Part shown: positions 24,701 through 32,370 of the stretch, one piece after another | Position numbering within the stretch: the stretch's first letter is position 1 | Layout of the letters: the number at the start of each line of letters is the position of its first letter | IMG/VR virus record: IMGVR_UViG_3300021956_000002 | Span: 1 to 45,592 of that record | Length of the DNA: 45,592 nt | Strand: one strand, 5' to 3' | Source: a virus | Notes under the pieces: model-generated | What the model was told of the DNA's origin: nothing | Database searches by the model: none | The model's input: the letters and a program-made list of their open reading frames with translations, nothing else | Made by a program: the position numbers and the translations under genes

Positions 24701-27131
24701 GTGTTCTGGGTTTTCTTCCGGAACACTCAATGGTTCTTTTCAAATTACAGCTGCGACTTCTACTTCTATAACTATTGTTAATGCGTATGCAGGTGCGACA
24801 ATTACAGGTTCCGCTACACCAAAAAGCTTTGCTGACGGAACTATTGTAGGAGTTCAAACCTTTGTGACTGTGGGTACTGAAGTATGGGTAGCTAGGGACT
24901 ATGCTAGCGCACCTGCCTTCGTTAGAACTTCTTCCGGAATTGTGTATTCTAAGAATACTGCAATTACTTGGAAAATAAATGCTGGCGAAATAAGTACCTA
25001 TTTAACTGCAGCGATGACTACAAGTTCTACAACAATCACAGCGAATGACACTACGGGGTTTCCTAGCTCAGGTGTATTGTATATAGACAATGAGGCCATT
25101 GGATACGCAGCCAAGACTCTGACCACATTTACTAGTTTGACAAGGGCGGCTAACAGCACAGTTTCAGCTGCACATAATATTGGAATTCCTGTTGGATTAC
25201 TAAGCTCAGGGTCAGGATCTTCTAGTAGCAGTGGTACTACTGGAACCGTTTGGGATATGAGTGCCCAGGATTGGAACTCTGGTACTGTAGCAATGAGTGG
25301 ACTATACCCAAGTGGGAACTTTGTCATTGGTTCAACTCAGTTATCAATCTCCTTTGTTACAGACACTGACGGAGTGGCAAGTGCTACAGTAACCTCAGTG
25401 GGGAACGTACCAGTGGGTAACGCTATCTGTGGTAGCCAAAAAGTAATCATTGATGACCTGAAATCATTTACTCGGTTGCCTATTATTAAAGCATTATTCA
25501 AAGCAGTAAGCACAAACTTGTCATTGACAAATAATACAACAGACAGTTTAGCATTTGGTTTCCTATGCTATGACGTGTCCAATACTTTCTTGGGGTTCTA
25601 TGGACCGTCGAAAGCGCCTTTTGCTTTACCTAATACTACTAAGTTTTCTGATAGTGTACTTGATACAATTCAGTTTCCACAGACTGTATATAAAGCTGCA
25701 CCCTTAGTCTATGTTCCAAATGCTATTACGGGTGCAGTTAACTTTGGACTAAAATATGTAGCGGTGTCTAAGGATTTACCAGCTACTGGGACATATCAAA
25801 CTGGTCTATTAAGCTATCAACCGGTTGTTACTAGTACTGTTGCACCTAATCCTTCATTCGCTACAGCAGTGACTACAAATGCTAAGACTTCTTATTACCA
25901 GATCATAGGTAATAGACTTAGACTCACTTGGGACTACACATTCACTGGGCCTACTTCTGGATCCAACATTGGTGGCTCAGGTGGTATCTATATTGTACCT
26001 TTACCGACAGGGCTTACTTTCAGTGCGTCTGCTTACCCCGATATTGCGTCTTCTCCTGACGTTGGATTTAATCAAAGGTACAGTGTAGGGAAATGTAAGT
26101 TTAATGCTTCAGGGTCTTATGCGACGGGGGATTGTTACATCTATAGTACAACCCAGTATTACGTTGTAGCTTCTGGGGGGTCTCCATTTACTTGGGGACA
26201 AGGGTCAAGCTATTTCGGGCTATCTGGAGTCCAATGGCAGTTTGATATTGACGCTTTCTTAGACTCTGTTCCTGTGAACTGTAGAACTAGTTCTAACGTC
26301 CCATTAGGGGAAGTATATGCGGATTACATTATACCTACTACCAGTACAACAATCCCTGGTTCACAGCCCGTAAACTACTCTTCAAAGATAGAAGATACTG
26401 GTGGGTTTGTCACAACAGGGGCCGCTTGGAAATTTACAAATACAACGGGCGCCAAACTGACTTTACAAGTAATCTTATCTGGGGTCCAAACTACAGGGTC
26501 TGCTGCGAGCCTTAGATTATTTGTTAATGGTGTTGTTTACATTTCCTCTTATTATCTCATTTCCTCTACGGGGGGTGTTCAAAGTACTTCAGTCATTATT
26601 AGATTGAATCCTGGTGATTACTTTGATGCAAGGCCGGATGGTACTACAACGGGGGTAAATACTTGGCGTATACAGTGTGTCAATATTGGCTCTAATCAAA
26701 CAATTAGTACAGAGCCAACTATAAAAGGTCAATATTTTACTAGGAATAATACTGCAACCACTAATGGTACTTTAATTTTTGAAGTAGCTGACCCTTCTAC
26801 TCCTGACAATTTTTCTGCATACAACAAGGCCACGGGTATATTCACTGCCCCCTTAAGCGGGACTTATTCATTTGGGATGAGATTCATGACAGGAGCGTTG
26901 AGTGCAGGTACTGCAGGGAATATAACTTCTACAGTGACCTCTGGAGCGTTAGTCACTTCTGTGAATTTCATGGAATCATACACGGCCACTGCAGAAAGGT
27001 GTAGGTTCTCTTTCGGTGGCTATATTCTTCCGTTAAATCAGGGGGACACAGTAAAATTTAGTTGTGGATTACCTTCTGTGATGTATGGAGACCTCAATTT
27101 CTTTTCTTTCTATCGAATTGGCAATAAATGA
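21747..27131 (+). CDS. Giant (1794 aa) multidomain tail fibre / receptor-binding protein
   Basis: ATKQYVD motif near the N-terminus. Two copies of a roughly 45-aa GFP..G.I.IDNE.I.Y..K....F..L.R......AAH motif at 22998-23135 and 25050-25184. A pectin-lyase-type beta-helix-like segment at about 23838-24370. Two tandem C1q/TNF-like domains at the C-terminus, about 26349-26690 and 26700-27128. Confidence 0.65.
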   Translation: MTVANNNISYNFGGIINFDQNIPTWGNYLYRLDATNQDLTIIMPPIPDPSNNFDPGRIAFQRIDSVPSRVVTITYGNTGSYVIPVTTDVFDFVVILDPDNPAEDIDVTIRRLSANTASPSIQLTGDVTAPSSSSGTLTTTVASVGGKTASAIAQSVTDTVSATSSNTNSTIVKRDASGNFSTSQITLGADPTANLQAATKQYVDNKGIAAYPAAFVGGTNLNIVKNFNPTATPVWNTGHLYAVPANTFKNVGDRIEMEYYLIAPPAPYSFQFLIGIMGYSPTTPTPSIPNDSQIKTRTTLSMVSHQNFLITAEMFVTSADGNTQYISIGEGQGYPVNENFEIDFYCYFLCSKSDQFTIYKSQWNFYPAQGTLGYYQADEKTIHLSSTNATLSSLMPPSNTSITANISSSDVNVNVTSTAGFPTAGYIKIDNEVIIYTGKTATSFTGLSRGQLSTTAAAHTSGANTYLIANNVPTSAAGATVVSAIVTAAIPTVDGLYAFNIAGSGAASAVAAGDIARLTSGVWAVVYPYSTMTVSQVYSSSTSDLWALGSAQWYEVLGGNNLTNFVQNIAFSISTLPNVTCATTANITLSGTQTIDGVAVVAGQYVLVKNQTLQYNNGIYLVAAGAWVLQMYNSGSNIYQTPTGTTYASLNINNGVLYVNSGTANANSQFQCSIVNPSNTIGNVLSAVTFTSKRVSPNRDVFNSYVSVNVGNNSQNNGTSSYPYLTQAQALTGASFPHCMNLAVSGSVYSESLSVTSGQSNLLIQALDSSKKGGKCQINGTYTLGSSNTRFSLKDLTVNSGSSAGVICSTGNLYRHEFENIFFQGTGTSFLTIASDAVNWITFRNIDVTGAPSANLALPAFANAFTLNIYDQSSRLPITGLGAVNTIINMYQDNLNVRIYRDFLGTLNYSGNAFDYPVNGMITSYQTLMTMSQWTTDTSYNGLWLIVGALPPTIAITGTSSSGGLVTLSFATLGYVPAIVGSYLVCSGFSSGTLNGSFQITAATSTSITIVNAYAGATITGSATPKSFADGTIVGVQTFVTVGTEVWVARDYASAPAFVRTSSGIVYSKNTAITWKINAGEISTYLTAAMTTSSTTITANDTTGFPSSGVLYIDNEAIGYAAKTLTTFTSLTRAANSTVSAAHNIGIPVGLLSSGSGSSSSSGTTGTVWDMSAQDWNSGTVAMSGLYPSGNFVIGSTQLSISFVTDTDGVASATVTSVGNVPVGNAICGSQKVIIDDLKSFTRLPIIKALFKAVSTNLSLTNNTTDSLAFGFLCYDVSNTFLGFYGPSKAPFALPNTTKFSDSVLDTIQFPQTVYKAAPLVYVPNAITGAVNFGLKYVAVSKDLPATGTYQTGLLSYQPVVTSTVAPNPSFATAVTTNAKTSYYQIIGNRLRLTWDYTFTGPTSGSNIGGSGGIYIVPLPTGLTFSASAYPDIASSPDVGFNQRYSVGKCKFNASGSYATGDCYIYSTTQYYVVASGGSPFTWGQGSSYFGLSGVQWQFDIDAFLDSVPVNCRTSSNVPLGEVYADYIIPTTSTTIPGSQPVNYSSKIEDTGGFVTTGAAWKFTNTTGAKLTLQVILSGVQTTGSAASLRLFVNGVVYISSYYLISSTGGVQSTSVIIRLNPGDYFDARPDGTTTGVNTWRIQCVNIGSNQTISTEPTIKGQYFTRNNTATTNGTLIFEVADPSTPDNFSAYNKATGIFTAPLSGTYSFGMRFMTGALSAGTAGNITSTVTSGALVTSVNFMESYTATAERCRFSFGGYILPLNQGDTVKFSCGLPSVMYGDLNFFSFYRIGNK

Positions 27132-27158
27132 CTTGTTGCCTTTGTTAAGGAGATTTTT

Positions 27159-27521
27159 ATGTCGATAGGTTTTTGGGATAATATAGATATCAGTGGAAAT
27201 AAAGTAATTAACTCAGGCGCTCCTACTTCCTCCGGGGATTTAGCAAATAAGAGCTATGTAGATGGGTTAGCACCTACGGCAGGTTCATTTATCTCAGTAA
27301 CTTCGGGGGCAGTGGCGGTAGCTCCTTTGACCGGCAGCTTTGGTGATGGAGTCCTCACTTCGTTTACAGTAAACGTACCAAACAACAACGTCATAACTGC
27401 GGTTTACAATAACTCTACTAACCAAGCAGTAAATGTAACAACAACGGTCGCTAGTAATGTAGTAACTTTTTCTTTTTTAATCGCACCAACAACAAACCAA
27501 TTTAGGTATGTAATCATATGA
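27159..27521 (+). CDS. Small fibre-like protein, paralog A
   Basis: 120 aa. ISGNKVINSGAPTSSGDLANKSYVD. Alignable with 27917..28330. Confidence 0.5.
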   Translation: MSIGFWDNIDISGNKVINSGAPTSSGDLANKSYVDGLAPTAGSFISVTSGAVAVAPLTGSFGDGVLTSFTVNVPNNNVITAVYNNSTNQAVNVTTTVASNVVTFSFLIAPTTNQFRYVII

Positions 27522-27859
27522 CTGTAGGTAATCCATTCATTACACAACTATTGCTGTCTACAGACACAGTTATCTATCTAAGTTTCGTAGATAGTTTACC
27601 AGTATCTGGGACTCTACAAATAGAGTCAGAGCTTATTTATTATTCTGGGAAGAATATAGAGACTTCAGCATTGACTGGAGTAGTCCGTGGGCTGCTCTCT
27701 ACTACACCAGTACAGCATGAGCTTTATACTGGTGTAATTGGAGTAAACCTTACTACGTCTCTAGGGTTTAGCGACGCACAAACTCTGACTATGTCAGTTA
27801 CGAACCCAGCAAGCGGGGATAAGATAATTTTATTTAATTTTGTTCAACAAGTTTCTTAA
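27518..27859 (+). CDS. Small protein carrying the third copy of the IDNE-type motif
   Basis: LPVSGTLQIESELIYYSGKNIETSALTGVVRGLLSTTPVQH at 27596-27733 resembles the two motifs inside the giant fibre. Confidence 0.45.
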   Translation: MTVGNPFITQLLLSTDTVIYLSFVDSLPVSGTLQIESELIYYSGKNIETSALTGVVRGLLSTTPVQHELYTGVIGVNLTTSLGFSDAQTLTMSVTNPASGDKIILFNFVQQVS

Positions 27860-27884
27860 TAGGTTATAGCTGCTCTAACCTATT
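27858..27884 (+). other. Intergenic hairpin (9-bp stem, no U-tract)
   Basis: aataggtta (27858-27866) / taacctatt (27876-27884), with a 9-nt loop. The stem includes the upstream stop codon. Confidence 0.4.
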
Positions 27885-27916
27885 AAGATTTCAATCTAGC
27901 AGCGGGAGAATTTATC

Positions 27917-28330
27917 ATGGATATTTTATCTAGTTTAGACCTGAAGAGTTCGCAAAAGATTATCAATGCTCCTTTGCCAATTGCGGATGGGGACTTAGCG
28001 TCAAAGAAATATGTGGATACCGCAGTTGCTGGTGTTTCTGCACCTACTGCAGGAGAGGGTATCGCTATCTCTAGCGGTGTAATTTCTATTTCCGGGAATG
28101 GTAAAACTGCACTTTTTGGGAACGGCGAGCTCACTTCATTTGTCCTTACTGGGATCAAACAAAGTTCTATTATCCAAGCGTTTTCTGTAGACGCAGGAGG
28201 TGCTCAAAGCGTTGTTTTAGTGAATGCTTCTATTGTTAGCGATGGTTCTGGTGGATTCAATGCTAACATTTCAGTAGGTCAAGCACCTGCTCCAAATAGC
28301 CTTAAGATCGTAGCTCTTTACTTGTTTTAA
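27917..28330 (+). CDS. Small fibre-like protein, paralog B
   Basis: 137 aa. LKSSQKIINAPLPIADGDLASKKYVD. GGGAGA RBS. Confidence 0.5.
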   Translation: MDILSSLDLKSSQKIINAPLPIADGDLASKKYVDTAVAGVSAPTAGEGIAISSGVISISGNGKTALFGNGELTSFVLTGIKQSSIIQAFSVDAGGAQSVVLVNASIVSDGSGGFNANISVGQAPAPNSLKIVALYLF

Positions 28331-28365
28331 TTAACTCTAAGTAAATCAGTCATTCTTCGTTCTCT

Positions 28366-28397
28366 GGCACTTTGTTATGACTAGGTAACAAAGTGTC
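28366..28397 (+). terminator. Strong hairpin ending the fibre operon (10-12 bp stem, weak U-tract)
   Basis: cactttgtta (28368-28377) / taacaaagtg (28386-28395), loop tgactagg. It is not followed by a clean T run. Confidence 0.4.
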
Positions 28398-28427
28398 CTC
28401 AACCCTAATTCTACATTAAAATTGTTC

Positions 28428-28456
28428 TTGATTCTTTAGTAGTTACGGCGTAATGT
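28428..28456 (+). promoter_or_regulatory. Candidate sigma70-type promoter for the small membrane-protein genes
   Basis: TTGATT 28428-28433, 17-nt spacer, TAATGT 28451-28456. Confidence 0.4.
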
Positions 28457-28480
28457 AGCTATATGGAGGACTACAATACA

Positions 28481-28798
28481 ATGCAATTAGCAATAAAGGT
28501 GCCTATGGATCCGATAAAGAATCTATTTCTTATTTCTTTCCGTTATAAATTTACCCCAGCTATACTGTGTGCTGTAATGGGGGTAACTTTTAATCATTTT
28601 TATCAACAAAATGACCAAGAAATCTTACAACATAATATTAATACTAAGAATGCTTTGCAATCTGCTCTCAGTAGTTACGAAGTAAAAGAAGAACAATTAG
28701 AAGTTAGAGAAAAGTCTTTCTTAGCTATCTACGAAAGTCATTGTAAACAATATGAATCTGTGATGGGAAGAGACTGTACAACTGGGAGAACTAAATGA
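28481..28798 (+). CDS. Small membrane protein (one TM plus a coiled region); i-spanin-like or holin-like candidate
   Basis: The start is trimmed to ATG 28481, 10 nt after GGAGGA (28465-28470). TM segment FTPAILCAVMGVTF. Confidence 0.4.
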   Translation: MQLAIKVPMDPIKNLFLISFRYKFTPAILCAVMGVTFNHFYQQNDQEILQHNINTKNALQSALSSYEVKEEQLEVREKSFLAIYESHCKQYESVMGRDCTTGRTK

Positions 28799-29031
28799 TA
28801 ATAAACTACACAGCCTTATTCCTAACAATGTTTCTTCTATGTTCAAACAAAATACAGATGCAAAAAGAAATCATAGCGTCAAACCAAGAGATCATAGAAC
28901 TCTTGCAACAAGGAAATGACACAGACAGAAAGTTGTTTACTTGGTATACTGTGTATAGTAAATTTAGTAAAGAGAAGATAACTCCAATGTCTAAAGTATT
29001 AGGAGCTCATAATGCCACTAATAAAGGGTAA
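28795..29031 (+). CDS. Small secreted or lipoprotein-like protein (o-spanin-like candidate)
   Basis: 78 aa. The N-terminus [19 protein letters not shown] is a hydrophobic signal ending in Cys. ATGA overlap with the upstream gene. Confidence 0.35.
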   Translation: MIINYTALFLTMFLLCSNKIQMQKEIIASNQEIIELLQQGNDTDRKLFTWYTVYSKFSKEKITPMSKVLGAHNATNKG

Positions 29032-29170
29032 AAGTGAAGAAGCTTTTAAGAAAAATGTTAAAACTGAAATTGAAGCAGGTAAGCCTCAAAAGCAAGCTGT
29101 AGCTATTGCGTATTCTGTTCAACGGGAATCAAAGAGTAATGGCGACAAGAAGGCGGATAAGAAAAGATAA
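29012..29170 (+). CDS. Small basic conserved protein (52 aa), missed by the >=60-aa track
   Basis: AGGAG (29001-29005) then ATG 29012. [35 protein letters not shown] resembles a small protein motif I recall from many phage and bacterial genomes. Confidence 0.45.
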   Translation: MPLIKGKSEEAFKKNVKTEIEAGKPQKQAVAIAYSVQRESKSNGDKKADKKR

Positions 29171-29477
29171 AGAAGGTGGGGATGGCTTGAAACTAGGTGG
29201 GCTTGAAAAAGAACTAGTTGAAAAGGGAGTTAGGTTAGATAAACTTAATTCCAACCACGTCTTCTCACTCATCGTGATAGGGATCGTGGTTGCTATGGCT
29301 TACTACAGTATCTCTATAGCACTAAGTACTATGGATAAATCTGAGAAGACTATGCTCGAAGTTGTCAGAGCTAGTAATGAAATCTCTAAGTCAGTTAATA
29401 GATTGGCTGAGATAGTAAATACGAGTAGCGGGTGTAACATAGCCCGCTCTAATTCATTGTCTGTAACTAAGGACTAA
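29139..29477 (+). CDS. Membrane protein, holin candidate
   Basis: The start is trimmed to ATG 29139 ([13 protein letters not shown]...). Hydrophobic core [23 protein letters not shown]. Its stop overlaps the stop of the convergent minus-strand gene. Confidence 0.4.
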   Translation: MATRRRIRKDKEGGDGLKLGGLEKELVEKGVRLDKLNSNHVFSLIVIGIVVAMAYYSISIALSTMDKSEKTMLEVVRASNEISKSVNRLAEIVNTSSGCNIARSNSLSVTKD

Positions 29478-29668
29478 TTAAGTATATTTTCTAAGTCACT
29501 TAGTTCAGGTGCTTCACTTCCATACTCAGACTCATAGCTTTCTAAGGCTTTCTCAAAGCCAGGCCATTCTCTTATACCTTGATATAACAATTCCTTAAGA
29601 AGTCTGAGATATACTACAGAAGCTTCTAAGTATTCTACCTCTACTAAAATCTTTTTATTTTTTACCAT
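29474..29668 (-). CDS. Hypothetical acidic protein, last gene of the leftward operon
   Basis: 64 aa, start coupled to the upstream gene. Confidence 0.4.
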   Translation of the reverse strand: MVKNKKILVEVEYLEASVVYLRLLKELLYQGIREWPGFEKALESYESEYGSEAPELSDLENILN

Positions 29669-30237
29669 GAATATGCTACTCCTAACTTAATTGATTTGAA
29701 TTGAAGCCCAACTAAGTCTACTGTGCTACCTATGCTAAACCCCCCAATAACTTTATAAAGATAGCCGATTTCATTACTATTAGAATGATTACTAACGTCA
29801 GGGTTAACCAGAAACATGAAAGTATTGTTATAGCTAGGGCTAGTAATAAGTATCCTTTGGACTTCCGACTCCCTGTTAATCCTACTTGTCTCATTGCTAA
29901 CAGAGTCTGTAACTTTAGATATCTCAGCAACTTTGTTCTTGTTGTCTTGGGTTCTTGTGTTTTCATGTTCTACTTCTTTCACTTTACCATCATGGTAATA
30001 CTTTACTATAGTCCTTATTTTTACTTCGTTCTTAGTCCCTAAGTCCTTAGTAACTTCGTCTTTCTTAGAAACTATGTTCTCTGTCTTCTGAGTTACTATG
30101 TTTTCCTCAGTCTTAATAGTTTCTATCTGTTTCTTAGTTCCATGCCCTCTTAGTAAACCTCCTACAATTGTGCCTAGTAAAAAAGATACTAGGCACATTA
30201 TCGAGGCAACTCTAAGACCTATAGAGTTGTTGTTCAC
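29662..30237 (-). CDS. Membrane-anchored protein downstream of the endolysin (spanin-like candidate)
   Basis: 191 aa. N-terminal TM ASIMCLVSFLLGTIVGGLL, a charged coiled middle region, and a beta-rich C-terminus ending LGVAYSW. Confidence 0.4.
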   Translation of the reverse strand: MNNNSIGLRVASIMCLVSFLLGTIVGGLLRGHGTKKQIETIKTEENIVTQKTENIVSKKDEVTKDLGTKNEVKIRTIVKYYHDGKVKEVEHENTRTQDNKNKVAEISKVTDSVSNETSRINRESEVQRILITSPSYNNTFMFLVNPDVSNHSNSNEIGYLYKVIGGFSIGSTVDLVGLQFKSIKLGVAYSW

Positions 30238-30664
30238 GCTTCCTCCTTCTAACTAAACCCCCTAGTTCTTCTCCGTCTTGATATACGTACTTAAGAAGTG
30301 CGTCATAAGCTTGTTGAAAATCTCTCTTATTGTGATATCCCAGGACAACACTTTTCTTAAAATTCCCATATCCTATATTATAGCAAAACGAAGTAAGCGC
30401 CTCTAACTGATTCGTAGAAGTAGTAACTAAGAGCTTCTTCGCTACATAGTTCCTAGCTTGAGAAAACAGTTCAGTAAAATAACTTAGTGCTTGTGCTTGA
30501 CTTATTTTGTCATCTGTAATCAGGACTTCTCTTCCACAAGGGTAATACCTCATCCCATACCCAAGGGATGCCATATTATTCTTTTTCTCATAATTCGTTG
30601 CAAAGTATGGAGACCCTCTGAATTGTTCTTCCTGTAATGCTATTTCTTCTCCTGGTGATGTCAT
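30212..30664 (-). CDS. Endolysin, GH24 (T4/lambda-type phage lysozyme)
   Basis: EEQFRGSPY...LGYG...QLEALTSFCYNIGYGNFKKS...GGLVRRRKREQQLY matches the Phage_lysozyme pattern (E..f...aY.D..G..TIGYG ... aL.sf.fN.G ... L..RR..E..lf). Confidence 0.75.
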   Translation of the reverse strand: MTSPGEEIALQEEQFRGSPYFATNYEKKNNMASLGYGMRYYPCGREVLITDDKISQAQALSYFTELFSQARNYVAKKLLVTTSTNQLEALTSFCYNIGYGNFKKSVVLGYHNKRDFQQAYDALLKYVYQDGEELGGLVRRRKREQQLYRS

Positions 30665-30879
30665 TTCTTCTCCTTACTATACACACTGCAAATCTGAGTA
30701 GTCCTAGTCTTATTCGTAGCAGTGTTTGTTATTGTGAACAGAGAGTTACTAGGCAGCTTACCCTCTATGATGGCTTTGTCTAACTTATCTTCTACGTCCA
30801 TGAAGGACTTACCATACAAAGTTATGGTTTCAAATAGGTCTGACGTAACTGTGAACTTTATCTCATTAGTTCCGTCCAT
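30661..30879 (-). CDS. Hypothetical protein
   Basis: 72 aa, overlaps its neighbours by 4 nt. Confidence 0.4.
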   Translation of the reverse strand: MDGTNEIKFTVTSDLFETITLYGKSFMDVEDKLDKAIIEGKLPSNSLFTITNTATNKTRTTQICSVYSKEKK

Positions 30880-31226
30880 CGTTTAGCATTTTCCTTTCCT
30901 GACTTAATCTTATGACAATGTTTACATAGTATTTGTAAGTTTTCATAAGCACAGAAAGTCCTAGAATAGAACTTCCAAATATCCATGTTTACCCTGGCTT
31001 CTCCTACAGGAGTTACAGGGTCTATATGGTCTACATCGAATTCTTTAGACCCAGCTAGTAGCTTTGCGCATTCATTACATCTCCATCGTCTTCCTCCTCG
31101 TCCTCCTTTCTCTTCACATACTTTTGACAAAATAAACTCTTGATATAACGAAGAATGCTTAAAGGAGTCTCTTATCGCTCTCTCTATGTACTTATCAGTC
31201 CTAGAATCAAAGTCCTTAAATTTCAT
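30858..31226 (-). CDS. HNH endonuclease
   Basis: CNEC...DVDHIDP...CKHCHKIK (CxxC ... H-N-H ... CxxC). The start is trimmed to ATG 31226, which forms an ATGA overlap with the exonuclease stop. Confidence 0.7.
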   Translation of the reverse strand: MKFKDFDSRTDKYIERAIRDSFKHSSLYQEFILSKVCEEKGGRGGRRWRCNECAKLLAGSKEFDVDHIDPVTPVGEARVNMDIWKFYSRTFCAYENLQILCKHCHKIKSGKENAKRWTELMR

Positions 31227-32134
31227 TTTAACCCCCACTTTGGTCTGTTGATAAGAATGCCTTTCTCTGTACCTTCCCACCCATTTGTTATTGCCAATGA
31301 TTTAATCTCTTTTAGGGCTTCAACATACTTTGCTGTGGCATCTTTACGGTAATCAAGGTCTATGGAAACAAGTCGATTCTGATAAGGCTCTTCTTCTTCC
31401 ACAAAGAGAAATAAAAACTTCTTGTATCTATTTGCACCTTCTATTAAATTCCCTACTCTACGGTAGTGGACGTCTTGTACCCAGTAACGTAGACTATCTA
31501 TTTGTCTTTCTATCTTAAGTTTAGTGAGTTTCTTAATTTTCTTTACGTCCAGAATAAAATCTTCGCCCCGGCAATCGTCTCTCACAGATAAGAACTCACC
31601 TGTAATATCACATTGTACAACTCCAGAAGTCTCACATTCTCCATTATCTAACAAAGACATTGCATTAGGGTTCTTATAAACATTCTTTATCATCTTACTA
31701 AGTGTCGTCATCGTATCTGGTGTAACAAAGTAATGCTCTTCTTCATTAGAAGCAATTGCTTTGATGCCTCCTTCATTAGTTATGATACAGTCCCCTATCT
31801 TCTCTTTTACGTAAGATTTGAATTCGTTGGTTGCAGTACTTGGCATAGGATAGGTATGAACTGTGTTCTCAAACACCATAGGTTCTAATAGAGCTAAGTG
31901 AGTCAAAGTCCCCATGAACATAGATTTCTTAGTAGCATCTGAAAACTCTGTCTTCATCTCTCTTGTTACATAAGTCATATACCAAGTAAGGTTAGTGTAA
32001 TTTTCTTTGTCTAAGAAAGCCTTGATTCTAGAAGCTGAAATACAATCCATGCTATGATGTTCTTTGTTTGTGATGTCTAACCTACGATTGCTAGGGTCAT
32101 CTAGATACGGTTTAGTAATTATTGCGTCCTTCAT
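31223..32134 (-). CDS. PD-(D/E)XK exonuclease (RecE/DUF3799/Cas4-like)
   Basis: VRDD...FILDVKKIK...YWVQDVHYR gives a D...(D/E)xK...QxxxY motif order. Confidence 0.55.
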   Translation of the reverse strand: MKDAIITKPYLDDPSNRRLDITNKEHHSMDCISASRIKAFLDKENYTNLTWYMTYVTREMKTEFSDATKKSMFMGTLTHLALLEPMVFENTVHTYPMPSTATNEFKSYVKEKIGDCIITNEGGIKAIASNEEEHYFVTPDTMTTLSKMIKNVYKNPNAMSLLDNGECETSGVVQCDITGEFLSVRDDCRGEDFILDVKKIKKLTKLKIERQIDSLRYWVQDVHYRRVGNLIEGANRYKKFLFLFVEEEEPYQNRLVSIDLDYRKDATAKYVEALKEIKSLAITNGWEGTEKGILINRPKWGLK

Positions 32135-32151
32135 GTTTTCTCCCTGATATT

Positions 32152-32334
32152 TTAGTATCTACCTAGACGCATAAACTTATTACCTTTTATGCAAATAGGG
32201 TTTTCACCTATAATAAGTATTTGTCCACCTATGCTGTTACAAGATTCTATATACCCAGACTGGGACCAGTTTATCAAAGCTATTATTACGTATGCTGCTA
32301 TTACAAAACTGGCTACAATAAAAAAATACTTCAT
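32152..32334 (-). CDS. Small membrane protein
   Basis: 60 aa. N-terminal TM MKYFFIVASFVIAAYVIIALI. Confidence 0.4.
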   Translation of the reverse strand: MKYFFIVASFVIAAYVIIALINWSQSGYIESCNSIGGQILIIGENPICIKGNKFMRLGRY

Positions 32335-32370
32335 GACACATCTTTCCTTATAAAGATTTACCCACTCAGA

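Noticed and set aside
22998-27733. Possible diversity-generating retroelement, suggested by the repeated 45-aa motif in the fibre genes acting as template and variable repeats.
   Set aside because: There is no reverse transcriptase anywhere in the genome. The three motif copies are divergent at the nucleotide level rather than adenine-specific variants of one template, and they are not at a C-terminal lectin fold.
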